Part shown: piece by piece, positions 1 to 9,062 of the stretch
Layout: every line of letters begins with the position of its first letter
Position numbering within the stretch: position 1 is the stretch's first letter
From: a virus
DNA length: 64,000 bases
IMG/VR virus record: IMGVR_UViG_3300027917_000033
Coordinates: 1-64,000 of that record
Direction: 5' to 3' (one strand)
Made by a program: the position numbers and the translations under genes
Notes under the pieces: model-generated
Told to the model about the DNA's origin: nothing
Databases searched by the model: none
Seen by the model: only the letters and a program-made list of their open reading frames with translations

Positions 1-63
1 CGTCCGGGGGGGGGAGGGGGGGGGACCACGGGGAAGGGGGGAGGAGGCCCGGTGGGGGGTGGG
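1..63. repeat. G-rich low-complexity run at window start
   Basis: Several G5-G9 runs; may be a contig-end artefact or a G-quadruplex-prone terminus. Confidence 0.5.
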
Positions 64-91
64 CGATTTAATCTTTCGCGAGAGGAATATT

Positions 92-287
<196 letters not shown>

Positions 288-453
288 AAAAGTATTTTAA
301 AAGTATTTCGGAGGAGTTGATGGCTAGCTTCATAGAGGAAATGGCACCAATGTTCAGCTGGTGGTCACTCGTTTGGTTCATTACCGTGGTGGTTCTATTC
401 ATTCCAATAATCGTGACACATATCCTAACACGTGACTCATATGAGCATGAAGA

Positions 454-816
454 TTGATGTACAAGACCTTCCTGACGAAGACCATCCTGACGATCAACCA
501 CGATCATTTAATGGGCGGCAACTTGGCGGCGTTATGCATGTATGAATTCTTAAAGAATGACGCCACAATCCACACCACCACCATATACGAGCATGAGCTC
601 AAGAAATCTCACTCGGTATTCCAGATATCGAAGGGTGGTAAGAATGCTGACATAGTAGTATATGAAGATGGCAGAGTATTGTGCAAAAAATGGCTTAGCA
701 GAGGCATCACTGGACTAAAGGACCTAAAGTTTTGTGACCAACTTGGTACGCTCAAGACTAATTTATACGACCCAGAATGCTTCGATAAGATAAAGAAGTT
801 CATCACTAATTCCTAG
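454..816 (+). CDS. DPxS-motif family protein
   Basis: YEFLKND helix, IVVYEDG strand, C-terminal NLYDPECFDKIKKFI. Confidence 0.75.
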   Translation: MMYKTFLTKTILTINHDHLMGGNLAALCMYEFLKNDATIHTTTIYEHELKKSHSVFQISKGGKNADIVVYEDGRVLCKKWLSRGITGLKDLKFCDQLGTLKTNLYDPECFDKIKKFITNS

Positions 817-847
817 AAAACCGATCCCCAGATAGCAAACATAACAT
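804..847 (+). promoter_or_regulatory. Duplicated intergenic element with candidate promoter (gcaaacataac)
   Basis: cactaattcctagaa + aaccgatccc(c/t)agatagcaaacataacata recurs, split, at 3806-3820 and 3976-4007. Confidence 0.6.
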
Positions 848-850
848 AGG

Positions 851-1225
851 ATGGCGATCATGAAATGTCCGCGAAAAGCTGTATCGTATTCATTTCCGTA
901 CGATACGCACACGTACACCCAGCACATCCAGGATTACCAGTGCATCATAAGTCGCTACCTTCAAGAAATCTTCCCCTCCCTCATAATAGACGACGAAACT
1001 TGGTTGGACGTTATTACCATCAGCCACAAGAGAGTGGACACTTGGAAGCAGCTCAGCGATGGTCCATTTGTGGATATTATAATACGGCGGAACGGTAGAG
1101 TGGTGGTAAAGTACGTGGGAGATACGGATCATGAGGATGCCCAAGTGGAAGTGGAAGAGGTTGAGGTCTCCTTGTATGATCCAGAATCGTTGCCAAGGAT
1201 CTCAGAAATTGTGAGTAAGTTATGA
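851..1225 (+). CDS. DPxS-motif family protein
   Basis: SRYLQE, IIIRRNG, SLYDPESLPRISEIV. Confidence 0.8.
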   Translation: MAIMKCPRKAVSYSFPYDTHTYTQHIQDYQCIISRYLQEIFPSLIIDDETWLDVITISHKRVDTWKQLSDGPFVDIIIRRNGRVVVKYVGDTDHEDAQVEVEEVEVSLYDPESLPRISEIVSKL

Positions 1226-1641
1226 AGCTTAAGAACCTGCACGAAGCGGTACACCATACGGGGCCTGACGACTACAACATGATCGATCTAATCGTGCAGT
1301 ATATCGAGAAGAATACGAAGGGGCTGCGTGCGCACATCGTGCCGTCCTCAATCATCGGGACCGGGGGTGAAAAAATAATCGTTTCCGCAAAGGGGGAAGA
1401 CTGGAAACATACCAATTATCCGCCATCGGAATATTTCCGTAAGCCCCGTACCTCTCGATTGCTGAGCACGGTCGTCCCTAAGACACCGTTCGTCTCTATC
1501 CTACTATATGGTGACGGCCAGGTATTCATGAATTATGTCTCGATGGTCGTCAGCCACAGTAAGACCGTCTCCATTTATGAACCGGATTCTTTACAGAGAA
1601 TCGTGAAATTCATTGTGCAGGCGTATGAATACCCTACATGA
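1222..1641 (+). CDS. DPxS-motif family protein with MKLxxLxE leader
   Basis: MKLKNLHE; SIYEPDSLQRIVKFI; ATGA overlap. Confidence 0.85.
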   Translation: MKLKNLHEAVHHTGPDDYNMIDLIVQYIEKNTKGLRAHIVPSSIIGTGGEKIIVSAKGEDWKHTNYPPSEYFRKPRTSRLLSTVVPKTPFVSILLYGDGQVFMNYVSMVVSHSKTVSIYEPDSLQRIVKFIVQAYEYPT

Positions 1642-1652
1642 GAGCGCTGGCC

Positions 1653-2009
1653 GTGAGACTTAAGACCTTATTTGAGAGCGCAGAGGCCTACGGTGATCTG
1701 CTCCTTGCCTATCTGAACGAAAGGGGTATAGAAGCCAAGACCCGTCACCCTAAAATGAGTCTTGGTAGCTCAGAATATAAAGACGGGACGATGAGGTGCA
1801 TGACTATTGTGGTCGATATGCCTCAGAGGCCAACTTCTGAGTTACCACCGATTATCAGGATTCGGACCTTTGAAGATGGCCACACATTGGCATGGTGGAT
1901 AGGGGGCCCACCTAGGCCCAAAAATTTGGGCCTTAAGACGAACATGCACGACCCGGATTCTTACCAGAAGATAGAAGCCTTCATTAGGGAGCATCTTGAT
2001 GAGGCTTAA
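1653..2009 (+). CDS. DPxS-motif family protein with MKLxxLxE leader (likely GTG start at 1653)
   Basis: (M)RLKTLFE; YLNERGI; NMHDPDSYQKIEAFI. Confidence 0.8.
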   Translation: MRLKTLFESAEAYGDLLLAYLNERGIEAKTRHPKMSLGSSEYKDGTMRCMTIVVDMPQRPTSELPPIIRIRTFEDGHTLAWWIGGPPRPKNLGLKTNMHDPDSYQKIEAFIREHLDEA

Positions 2010-2718
2010 ATCCCTACATGAGAGCGCTGGCCGTGAGGTGGCCAATCTCCTCAGGGCATACCTGGAGGAGAACGGGATAGAAGTATCTCAGTTTAGAGAA
2101 TGGTCTATCAACAGTTCTCTGGGGATACAGAGAGGAGATAGGTGGGCACGCATAATGGTGCACGACAGTGGTAGAATAGACATTTCGTTAACCAGGGACA
2201 GGGGACCGAGCTACTGGAAGTGGGGGACTCCGCATCTAGACAAGCATCGCGTATTCAACTTCCACGATCCTGACTCCTTCCAGAAAGTGGAAGCCTTAAT
2301 TAGGGATCACTTGGACGTAGATGCACCTGGGCCAAGATTGCCGAGCCTACCCATCCATGAGAGCCAAAGGGTAGCGGATCCGTATACGGTAGCCGAGCTA
2401 CTGGCGAAGTTTATACGCGATGCCAGGCTTCCTGGCTACCCTACTGTAGAGGAGCCCTACAAGAAGTATAAGTTCCGGAACCTTGTAGGTCACTGTGCGA
2501 CCATTATTGTCAGGCGGCTTGCGCCTTCTACATCTGGGTTCGACCAAATAGCCAACATAGTTGTACACGAGGATGGTGACCTCATATGGCGGGTAGGTTT
2601 GTGTATCTCGGGTTGTGAAAATCCGATAATTGGGGTCTCTCAATACAGGGACAATTTCCACCGCCCAGAGTCGTTTGAGAAGATAGTGAATACGCTACGG
2701 GATTGGTGGATGAGATAA
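1996..2718 (+). CDS. Two-domain DPxS-motif family protein
   Basis: MRLKSLHE; YLEENGI; NFHDPDSFQKV and NFHRPESFEKI. Confidence 0.85.
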   Translation: MMRLKSLHESAGREVANLLRAYLEENGIEVSQFREWSINSSLGIQRGDRWARIMVHDSGRIDISLTRDRGPSYWKWGTPHLDKHRVFNFHDPDSFQKVEALIRDHLDVDAPGPRLPSLPIHESQRVADPYTVAELLAKFIRDARLPGYPTVEEPYKKYKFRNLVGHCATIIVRRLAPSTSGFDQIANIVVHEDGDLIWRVGLCISGCENPIIGVSQYRDNFHRPESFEKIVNTLRDWWMR

Positions 2719-2786
2719 TATGTTCAAACTCGACGACATCCGAGTGGACTGATCTGGGCCACCCACCACTTGAAAGGGGGAGCACG

Positions 2787-2867
2787 ATGAAATGTCCAAT
2801 GGGAGGCTGTTCTCGATGCGGGATCATGTGTGCTGGCGGGAAGCCAAAACCAAGACCCACCAAATGA
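2787..2867 (+). CDS. Cys-rich micro-protein (26 aa)
   Basis: MKCPMGGCSRCGIMCAGGKPKPRPTK; gggggag RBS; ATGA-coupled to next ORF. Confidence 0.45.
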   Translation: MKCPMGGCSRCGIMCAGGKPKPRPTK

Positions 2868-2947
2868 ACTGCTTTGCAAGGATCCTGATGTCAGGGAAAC
2901 CTTGTAGGAAATATGCCAGAATCCGCGAAGTCGGAAACCAAAGATGA
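2864..2947 (+). CDS. Micro-protein (27 aa)
   Basis: MNCFARILMSGKPCRKYARIREVGNQR; ATGA overlaps on both sides. Confidence 0.4.
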   Translation: MNCFARILMSGKPCRKYARIREVGNQR

Positions 2948-3306
2948 AACTTAGTAACCTGTACGAGAGCGCGAGGGACTTCACGAGGATCATTTATGAG
3001 TTCCTGAATGGCACGGAGGTGGCCGGGTCGATGCAGCTGATAGGCGGTGAATTGGCCCATTTCGTCAGAATATACGACGATCATGAGGCTATTACAGACA
3101 TCAAGGCAAACAACGTCGGAGAAGCAACCATAAAAGTGCGCAGGAGGATTCCACGCATGAAGTGGCCTAATTATGAACGGGACACACTTGGCCGGTGGTG
3201 GGCCACTGGGGGTCTGGCATTGGTGTTCGAGGCGAAGATCGACCTGTACGAACCGGGGAGCCTGGAGAAACTATTGGATTACGTGAGATTCCGGAAGACC
3301 GTATGA
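2944..3306 (+). CDS. DPxS-motif family protein with MKLxxLxE leader
   Basis: MKLSNLYE; DLYEPGSLEKLLDYV. Confidence 0.85.
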   Translation: MKLSNLYESARDFTRIIYEFLNGTEVAGSMQLIGGELAHFVRIYDDHEAITDIKANNVGEATIKVRRRIPRMKWPNYERDTLGRWWATGGLALVFEAKIDLYEPGSLEKLLDYVRFRKTV

Positions 3307-3632
3307 AGCTGTACGACCCTGATGAGTTACTGTCTTTTCTCTATAATTGCAAAATTACTGCCGATGATTTGTTGCTTGAGAAGATACTGGGGGAGTATCT
3401 AACAGAGAACGGAATTGAGGTGTACATGGACGGTGGGCTAGTTACGGTAAAGAAGGGGGTCTCTACTCAATTCTGCTTCGATTGCCTTTGCCTTCCTGGT
3501 ATTATCAGAGTGTTCTACATTGACAAAGTAAACTGGTCCCGTAGTGGGTTTGTTGATGAAGAGTTCTCGATATATGATCCGGAAGAATTGGAAAGGATGA
3601 TTAAATTTATTAAGGATTATCCTCGATCTTGA
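3303..3632 (+). CDS. DPxS-motif family protein (start at ATG 3303)
   Basis: ATGA overlap; YLTENGI; SIYDPEELERMIKFI. Confidence 0.8.
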   Translation: MKLYDPDELLSFLYNCKITADDLLLEKILGEYLTENGIEVYMDGGLVTVKKGVSTQFCFDCLCLPGIIRVFYIDKVNWSRSGFVDEEFSIYDPEELERMIKFIKDYPRS

Positions 3633-3811
3633 CGGCGATGAACAGAAAGTATGCCTGGATGGCCAGAGAAACAGAGTGGTTCAAGAACATGACAGAACCA
3701 CTGGAGATATTGCGTAGGCCTTTGGGAAGCCCTCGAAGCGTACGAAAAGTATGGCCGTCTAGGTTCTCAATGCGAAATATCGCAAACCGAAAAATCCGAA
3801 AATACCACTAA
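3629..3811 (+). CDS. Small basic hypothetical protein
   Basis: Coupled ORF in the same operon; no motif. Confidence 0.5.
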   Translation: MTAMNRKYAWMARETEWFKNMTEPLEILRRPLGSPRSVRKVWPSRFSMRNIANRKIRKYH

Positions 3812-3841
3812 TTCCTAGAAGTATGGAATTCGAGGTACATA

Positions 3842-3994
3842 GTGGCAAAGAAGGCTAAGAAGCTTGGTAGCCTAAGTAAGCTGAAGATTCTTCGCGCTTA
3901 TAATCTAGCTACAGATTCACTTACAATCAAAAGCGCTAACAAGACCAAGCGTAAGGCATCTGCACGCCCTCGAAAAAAACCGATCCCTAGATAG
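3842..3994 (+). CDS. Small Lys/Arg-rich protein (50 aa)
   Basis: GTG start after gaggt RBS; MAKKAKKLGSLSKLKILRAYNL...RKKPIPR. Confidence 0.55.
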   Translation: MAKKAKKLGSLSKLKILRAYNLATDSLTIKSANKTKRKASARPRKKPIPR

Positions 3995-4006
3995 CAAACA
4001 TAACAT

Positions 4007-4234
4007 ATGGAAGTAGACCCGTCACAGTTAATTGTTTCCTACTTGCACGAGAACGGCATAAAAGCAACCAATAGACCGGTTCACCCAGGATTGATTGTAT
4101 TTGTTGCAAATGAGGGGTGGAGATACGTAGATGTGGAGGATCATTTAGTGACAATAGATAAGTTCAAGGGTGACCTACACGATCCCGCATGCCTACAGAG
4201 ATTAACAGAATACCTGTGGAAATTGGGTGCGTGA
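4007..4234 (+). CDS. DPxS-motif family protein (minimal, 75 aa)
   Basis: YLHENGI; DLHDPACLQRLTEYL. Confidence 0.8.
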   Translation: MEVDPSQLIVSYLHENGIKATNRPVHPGLIVFVANEGWRYVDVEDHLVTIDKFKGDLHDPACLQRLTEYLWKLGA

Positions 4235-4608
4235 AACTAAAGACACTGCGTGAAACGACCGATGACGAAACTAAAATAGTGGTAGATTCCATCGTTGAAT
4301 ATTTCGTGGACAATGGAATTTTTGCTTGGAATCGCCACTACATGAACGGGGAAAAGACAAATGAAATATGTGTGAATGCTGGTGAGGGGCTGAAGATAAT
4401 TATGCTCTACCTTTTCCCACATAGGATACTGATAGGGTTTAATGCTATGCATCTGTCTTACAAACAGAAGAAAATACTACAATACGTGACACCCAGATTC
4501 TTAGGTGAAGTCAATATCAACGATCCGGATTCTTATTCAAAATTGCTGAAGATAGTTAAGAAGGCACTAAATGAAGTTAAAGATCTTATACAATTAGGAA
4601 CAACATGA
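4231..4608 (+). CDS. DPxS-motif family protein with MKLxxLxE leader (GTG start)
   Basis: (M)KLKTLRE; YFVDNGI; NINDPDSYSKLLKIV. Confidence 0.8.
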   Translation: MKLKTLRETTDDETKIVVDSIVEYFVDNGIFAWNRHYMNGEKTNEICVNAGEGLKIIMLYLFPHRILIGFNAMHLSYKQKKILQYVTPRFLGEVNINDPDSYSKLLKIVKKALNEVKDLIQLGTT

Positions 4609-4967
4609 AATTAGAAAATTTATACGAACGGGAACATGATGATAGTGATGTTGTAACAGTTGCCAACGCACTCATGACGTACCTGTCTGATAATGGAATT
4701 ATGAGCGTCAAAATTGGACATCCATTCCCGAGTGTCTATGATGATGGTTCGTGGGCAAAAGTGCAACAAATAATGGTGGGTAATATAACGATAGTTGTGC
4801 GCAGTAACGGAGTGGTGCGTATATGGCCATCGACAAAAGATACAAGGTATTTAGCATTAGAAGTCGATATACACGATCCAGATTCTTTCCCAAAGGTACT
4901 TGAATTCGTCAAGGCACAAAGCAATGCACGTGAAGACGTAATCGGTAGACACCGTCTGGGCTATTAA
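4605..4967 (+). CDS. DPxS-motif family protein with MKLxxLxE leader
   Basis: MKLENLYE; YLSDNGI; DIHDPDSFPKVLEFV. Confidence 0.85.
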   Translation: MKLENLYEREHDDSDVVTVANALMTYLSDNGIMSVKIGHPFPSVYDDGSWAKVQQIMVGNITIVVRSNGVVRIWPSTKDTRYLALEVDIHDPDSFPKVLEFVKAQSNAREDVIGRHRLGY

Positions 4968-5445
4968 TGAAGGAGGTGTCCGTGTGCCCACATGATGATT
5001 TCGACATCTTGTATGAAGATGAATTCTATGAAATTGTAGTAAGAAAATGTAAGGACTGTGGGCAAATCGAAGTAAACGCGGAGTGGGCTGATGTCGAGTG
5101 GCTCAGGTCCATTATAGCTGATATAGATTGATAATATGAAGCTTAATACACTATACGAAACGCTGGGTTCGGATTACCCAAGAGAAACAGTTATACGAGC
5201 ATTGTATAAATACCTTGTTGATAATGGTATCCCACGGTCGAAGATTGACGATGGTTTGTCCGCAGTCCTATATATTGGCGGAAGTCCTGGATCTTCGCCA
5301 CGTCGTAATTATATCAGGATTATCGACCCTGAAGATCACATTATTCATGTGGCGTATCATGGGGATCGTCCTCATTATTTAGCATTAGAAGTCGATATAC
5401 ACGATCCAGATTCTTTCCCAAAGGTACTTGAATTCGTCAAGGCAC
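4848..5445 (+). repeat. Identical 70-bp direct repeat (4848-4917 and 5376-5445)
   Basis: Both copies encode YLALEVDIHDPDSFPKVLEFVKA in different genes. Confidence 0.95.
4982..5131 (+). CDS. Small zinc-ribbon-like protein (49 aa)
   Basis: aaggaggtg RBS; CPH...CKDCG. Confidence 0.6.
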   Translation: MCPHDDFDILYEDEFYEIVVRKCKDCGQIEVNAEWADVEWLRSIIADID

Positions 5446-5801
5446 GTAAAGACGTGGTCGGTGAGTCGTTATATGAAGATCACCCATTACTGATCAACTT
5501 GATTGCCCAATATTTATTGGATAACGGAATCAGAAGCGAGAAGCTGGGTTCTTTTGGTAGCGCCCAGCTAGTCGTACCACCTGTATCACGCGCATCTCTG
5601 AAGTCTCCAGGTTTGCCATCTCGCCAGCAGATCAGGATTTGGGCTTTTGACAATGGGTTAATAGATGCCATCCATTATACCAATCCCAACATCGCCTCAC
5701 CTTTCAGGGTGCATTTGAACGTTCATGATCCAGGTAGTCTGGAAAAGTTGAAAGACTTCATCATGAAATTCGAAGATGTTTGGACGGCAGCTATAGCGTG
5801 A
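5136..5801 (+). CDS. Two-domain DPxS-motif family protein
   Basis: MKLNTLYE; YLVDNGI and YLLDNGI; DIHDPDSF and NVHDPGSL. Confidence 0.85.
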   Translation: MKLNTLYETLGSDYPRETVIRALYKYLVDNGIPRSKIDDGLSAVLYIGGSPGSSPRRNYIRIIDPEDHIIHVAYHGDRPHYLALEVDIHDPDSFPKVLEFVKARKDVVGESLYEDHPLLINLIAQYLLDNGIRSEKLGSFGSAQLVVPPVSRASLKSPGLPSRQQIRIWAFDNGLIDAIHYTNPNIASPFRVHLNVHDPGSLEKLKDFIMKFEDVWTAAIA

Positions 5802-6178
5802 AGCTATACACGCAGCTAATCTATGAATTTCTAAAAGAAAACGGAATCCAGTCTTATCATACGACAATTCTTAACTATGATTGCATTTTCATAACGATGG
5901 ACCCCCACTTCGCGGCAGAAGATTACCCTGGGGGATTCTTCAGGACCAACGAGTATAGTGCGATAGGGATATGGCCAAATGACAACGGTGTGGTGACGAT
6001 GGAATATGAAAATCCAGATTATAAGCCAGCTAGGACACTTCCATATGGCGGTGTCCGCCACATACACAAGTGGTATCCAGACACGATGGATGTCAACATA
6101 CATGATCCTAACAGCCTACAGGAAATACTGGCATTCATCAAGAAGTACCCAGACACATTTGATAGAAACTATACATGA
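5798..6178 (+). CDS. DPxS-motif family protein (GTG start)
   Basis: FLKENGI; NIHDPNSLQEILAFI. Confidence 0.8.
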   Translation: MKLYTQLIYEFLKENGIQSYHTTILNYDCIFITMDPHFAAEDYPGGFFRTNEYSAIGIWPNDNGVVTMEYENPDYKPARTLPYGGVRHIHKWYPDTMDVNIHDPNSLQEILAFIKKYPDTFDRNYT

Positions 6179-6462
6179 AACTCAATAACTTGTCAGAATC
6201 AGACGCCGAAAGGGCAAACCTGACATTGAGGGTGATCTATATGTGGTTGTTAGAAAACGGATGGTATGCTAATGCCATCAATATGCATGATTGGGAGAAT
6301 GTAATATTGTTTGATAATATCAGCATAGAAATAGATTATGACGGGGATGTACAAGCTATAACTAATGAAGAACCACATCACAGTATATATATTGATTTAC
6401 ATGATCCACAATGTTTTGGCAAATTAGCTGAATTCCTTAATGAGTACGAGCCAAAGAAATGA
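6175..6462 (+). CDS. DPxS-motif family protein with MKLxxLxE leader
   Basis: MKLNNLSE; WLLENG; DLHDPQCFGKLAEFL. Confidence 0.85.
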   Translation: MKLNNLSESDAERANLTLRVIYMWLLENGWYANAINMHDWENVILFDNISIEIDYDGDVQAITNEEPHHSIYIDLHDPQCFGKLAEFLNEYEPKK

Positions 6463-6788
6463 ATATAATCGCCGGGCAACTAGATTTTAGGACAATTACG
6501 ACTTGCCTGAAAGAATATCTTAATGACAATGGCATCACGAGGGTAATAACAGTAGGTGAGAATCTGTTAACATGCGCAGACCTGACGATATCTCTTAACG
6601 GGTATAGCAAGGAGATACAAAACAGTTCTTGGGCAACCATAGAAATATTTGATGATGGAAAATATAAACTGGTCATAGTTGTACGCCGTAGAGACCGATA
6701 TAGTAATGAGATCAATTATGGCTCTGTTTATGATCCTGATAGCTTTCCTAAGATACTTGAATCTATAAAGAAGCGCTATGAAAATTAG
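6459..6788 (+). CDS. DPxS-motif family protein
   Basis: YLNDNGI; SVYDPDSFPKILESI. Confidence 0.85.
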   Translation: MNIIAGQLDFRTITTCLKEYLNDNGITRVITVGENLLTCADLTISLNGYSKEIQNSSWATIEIFDDGKYKLVIVVRRRDRYSNEINYGSVYDPDSFPKILESIKKRYEN

Positions 6789-7488
6789 CGAGTTATACGA
6801 ATCGACACTACTATGGAGTACTCCCAATAATCGGAGAAAGGTGAACGCTTGGGCCAAAGCTATCAGTGAATACCTCAAGGAAGAAGGTTTCCCGGCGCAC
6901 CGCCCATGTATAGATGAGATAGTGGTCGCCAAAGAATATGGAACCCACCCCCACACTAGAATAGTTGTAAACACAGATGGGCAAATAAGTGTGTGGCACG
7001 TGGGGCCTACCACAAAGCCATTTGAAGTGTCTATTTACGATCCGGACAGCTTCGAGATAATAAAAGAGTTCGTTAGTCGCTACAAATATGACCTTATAAT
7101 AAGTCGTGACGACTGGGTACGAGGACGAGGGCCTGTCGCCGAAGATACATGGCAGACAATGGCGGCAAGTTCAGAAGCGCTCGCCGCTTTAGCGTCATAC
7201 CTAGAAGATGATGGTTTTTATATAAAATCTCTTGTGCCATGGCGCACTATCACTGGCAGCAAAGGTCACTATCTCAGTGTGTATATGTCACCAGAAGAAA
7301 GCCGACGGGCAGAGTTTTTTAGACTAGTAGTAAGTTTACCAGATGATTCGCTAAAAGCAAGAATATACAGGTTGGGACCTGCTGCTCAACATTTATACGG
7401 AGAAATGTCAAACATGTTATTTGACTTGGCAGAACCGGGTTCATTCCGAAAAATAGCAGCAAGAATGCGCGAGCTGGCCGGGTATTAG
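6778..7488 (+). CDS. Two-domain DPxS-motif family protein
   Basis: MKISELYE; YLKEEGF and YLEDDGF; SIYDPDSF and DLAEPGSF. Confidence 0.85.
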   Translation: MKISELYESTLLWSTPNNRRKVNAWAKAISEYLKEEGFPAHRPCIDEIVVAKEYGTHPHTRIVVNTDGQISVWHVGPTTKPFEVSIYDPDSFEIIKEFVSRYKYDLIISRDDWVRGRGPVAEDTWQTMAASSEALAALASYLEDDGFYIKSLVPWRTITGSKGHYLSVYMSPEESRRAEFFRLVVSLPDDSLKARIYRLGPAAQHLYGEMSNMLFDLAEPGSFRKIAARMRELAGY

Positions 7489-7502
7489 TATTTTAAATCC
7501 TA

Positions 7503-7772
7503 ATGGGTTGTACTACTGCATCATGTATCCGTATGCTTGTAGAAGAACTGGGTTTACGGTGTTCAGAAATCCGTCCCCCCACGTTGCTTAACCCATGTCT
7601 ATATATCTATAAACGTGGCCAAGCTCCTATCATGTGCCACATAAGAGATAATGGCAACATTGACCTAAAGGCGACATATAGCAAAATAACCGTCAATATT
7701 TATGACCCAGAGTCGTTCCCTCGCATTAAAAAATTCATAGAAGCGGCGTTCTCCTCGCGCTACAAGTGGTGA
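7503..7772 (+). CDS. DPxS-motif family protein
   Basis: NIYDPESFPRIKKFI. Confidence 0.8.
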   Translation: MGCTTASCIRMLVEELGLRCSEIRPPTLLNPCLYIYKRGQAPIMCHIRDNGNIDLKATYSKITVNIYDPESFPRIKKFIEAAFSSRYKW

Positions 7773-7830
7773 TCCGATAAACACTTCATAGAAAAACTAA
7801 TCTCTGATAATAAACCAACAAAAATAGAGG

Positions 7831-8001
7831 ATGGTAAAATTTGGAAGAATCTTGTGCTTCTTTGGCTTGCACGATTGGGTGGAGAGCAATTGCCCGATCC
7901 GCAAAAAGCTTGGTAGAGGATATTTTGTATACTGGGAATGTACCAGATGCTCTACTAGGGCTATTTCGTCTGGTGACAATACCAAAGTTATTGAGCACTA
8001 A
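7831..8001 (+). CDS. Small Cys/His zinc-finger-like phage protein (56 aa)
   Basis: LCFFGLHDW...ECTRC; gagg RBS; caaaaatag upstream. Confidence 0.6.
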   Translation: MVKFGRILCFFGLHDWVESNCPIRKKLGRGYFVYWECTRCSTRAISSGDNTKVIEH

Positions 8002-8132
8002 CAATGATGTTACGCCAATATTCAGAAGAAGCAAATAAAGTTATTGAAGACGGATGCAAAACGAGGCCAGCGGCGAGGGCATGGAGTGCAAGATCGACAA
8101 GCATTCCCAAAAGCATTGAATTGGCTTAAGAG

Positions 8133-8489
8133 GTGGATCACAAAGCCGTAGGTTTGTATCATTGTATGTCGCTATTGCATGATTATCTTGGGGAAAATGG
8201 GATAAAATGTAATTTATTTACACCAAGGGACATAATTGTTAATTTCAGCAAGAATGCCTCAGCGGTGGTACAAATTAGTAATAATGGAAAGATTTCTATA
8301 CACTCCACACATACTAAACTAATCCAACACTCCACACATACTAAACTAATCCAACACGGTAAATCGCGTCCACCAATCTGCGGCACCACCACCAGTATCG
8401 TATTAGCAGAGTTTGATATATACGATCCGGGAAGTTTCCCAGAAGTGTCTGCACAATTAAAGCTAATGGCTAGCATAATAAATGATTGA
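8133..8489 (+). CDS. DPxS-motif family protein with internal 9-aa duplication
   Basis: YLGENGI; DIYDPGSFPEV; HSTHTKLIQ twice (8301-8354). Confidence 0.85.
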   Translation: MDHKAVGLYHCMSLLHDYLGENGIKCNLFTPRDIIVNFSKNASAVVQISNNGKISIHSTHTKLIQHSTHTKLIQHGKSRPPICGTTTSIVLAEFDIYDPGSFPEVSAQLKLMASIIND

Positions 8490-8796
8490 TGAAGTAGAAG
8501 CAGTATTGGAAAGCCTGTGTGCCTGGTTGGAAACGGAGGGGATTGCAGCTATTTATTCTAAAGTGTGGAAGCAGATCCACATAGTAGACGTCACAGGATC
8601 GGTGATTGTCGCAATAATTAGAATGAGTTACGGAGGCGACGGACCATGGCTGTCAATCAAAAATGATTCGGTAAGCTCGCTGATGCCTTTTGGCAACGCT
8701 CCATATACCAATCAGAGTATATCATTGTTTGAACCGGATGCTTTCGAAAAAGTGGCAAAATCATTAAAGATTTCTTTGAAATTTAATAGAAAATGA
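8482..8796 (+). CDS. DPxS-motif family protein
   Basis: WLETEGI; SLFEPDAFEKV. Confidence 0.8.
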   Translation: MIDEVEAVLESLCAWLETEGIAAIYSKVWKQIHIVDVTGSVIVAIIRMSYGGDGPWLSIKNDSVSSLMPFGNAPYTNQSISLFEPDAFEKVAKSLKISLKFNRK

Positions 8797-9062
8797 AAGC
8801 GTACGACAGAATTATATCAAAGTCAGAGAAATTAGCAATGGTAGGCCAGTATGTGGAAGACCATGGTTACGTTGTTGAAGATTCTCCAATTGAAGGTTAC
8901 ATAAAAGTTACCTACGAGGACTACGTTGTTGCCATGATAGGCGACAAAACTGGTTCAGAAGTGCTTGTACTGGGTGATGGAGCGAGAACGTTCAATATCG
9001 CCAATCCAAAATCGTTACAGCAAATAATTAAACATATTAGCAAACTCAAACGTAAACTGTGA
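8793..9062 (+). CDS. DPxS-motif family protein
   Basis: YVEDHGY; NIANPKSLQQII. Confidence 0.75.
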   Translation: MKAYDRIISKSEKLAMVGQYVEDHGYVVEDSPIEGYIKVTYEDYVVAMIGDKTGSEVLVLGDGARTFNIANPKSLQQIIKHISKLKRKL

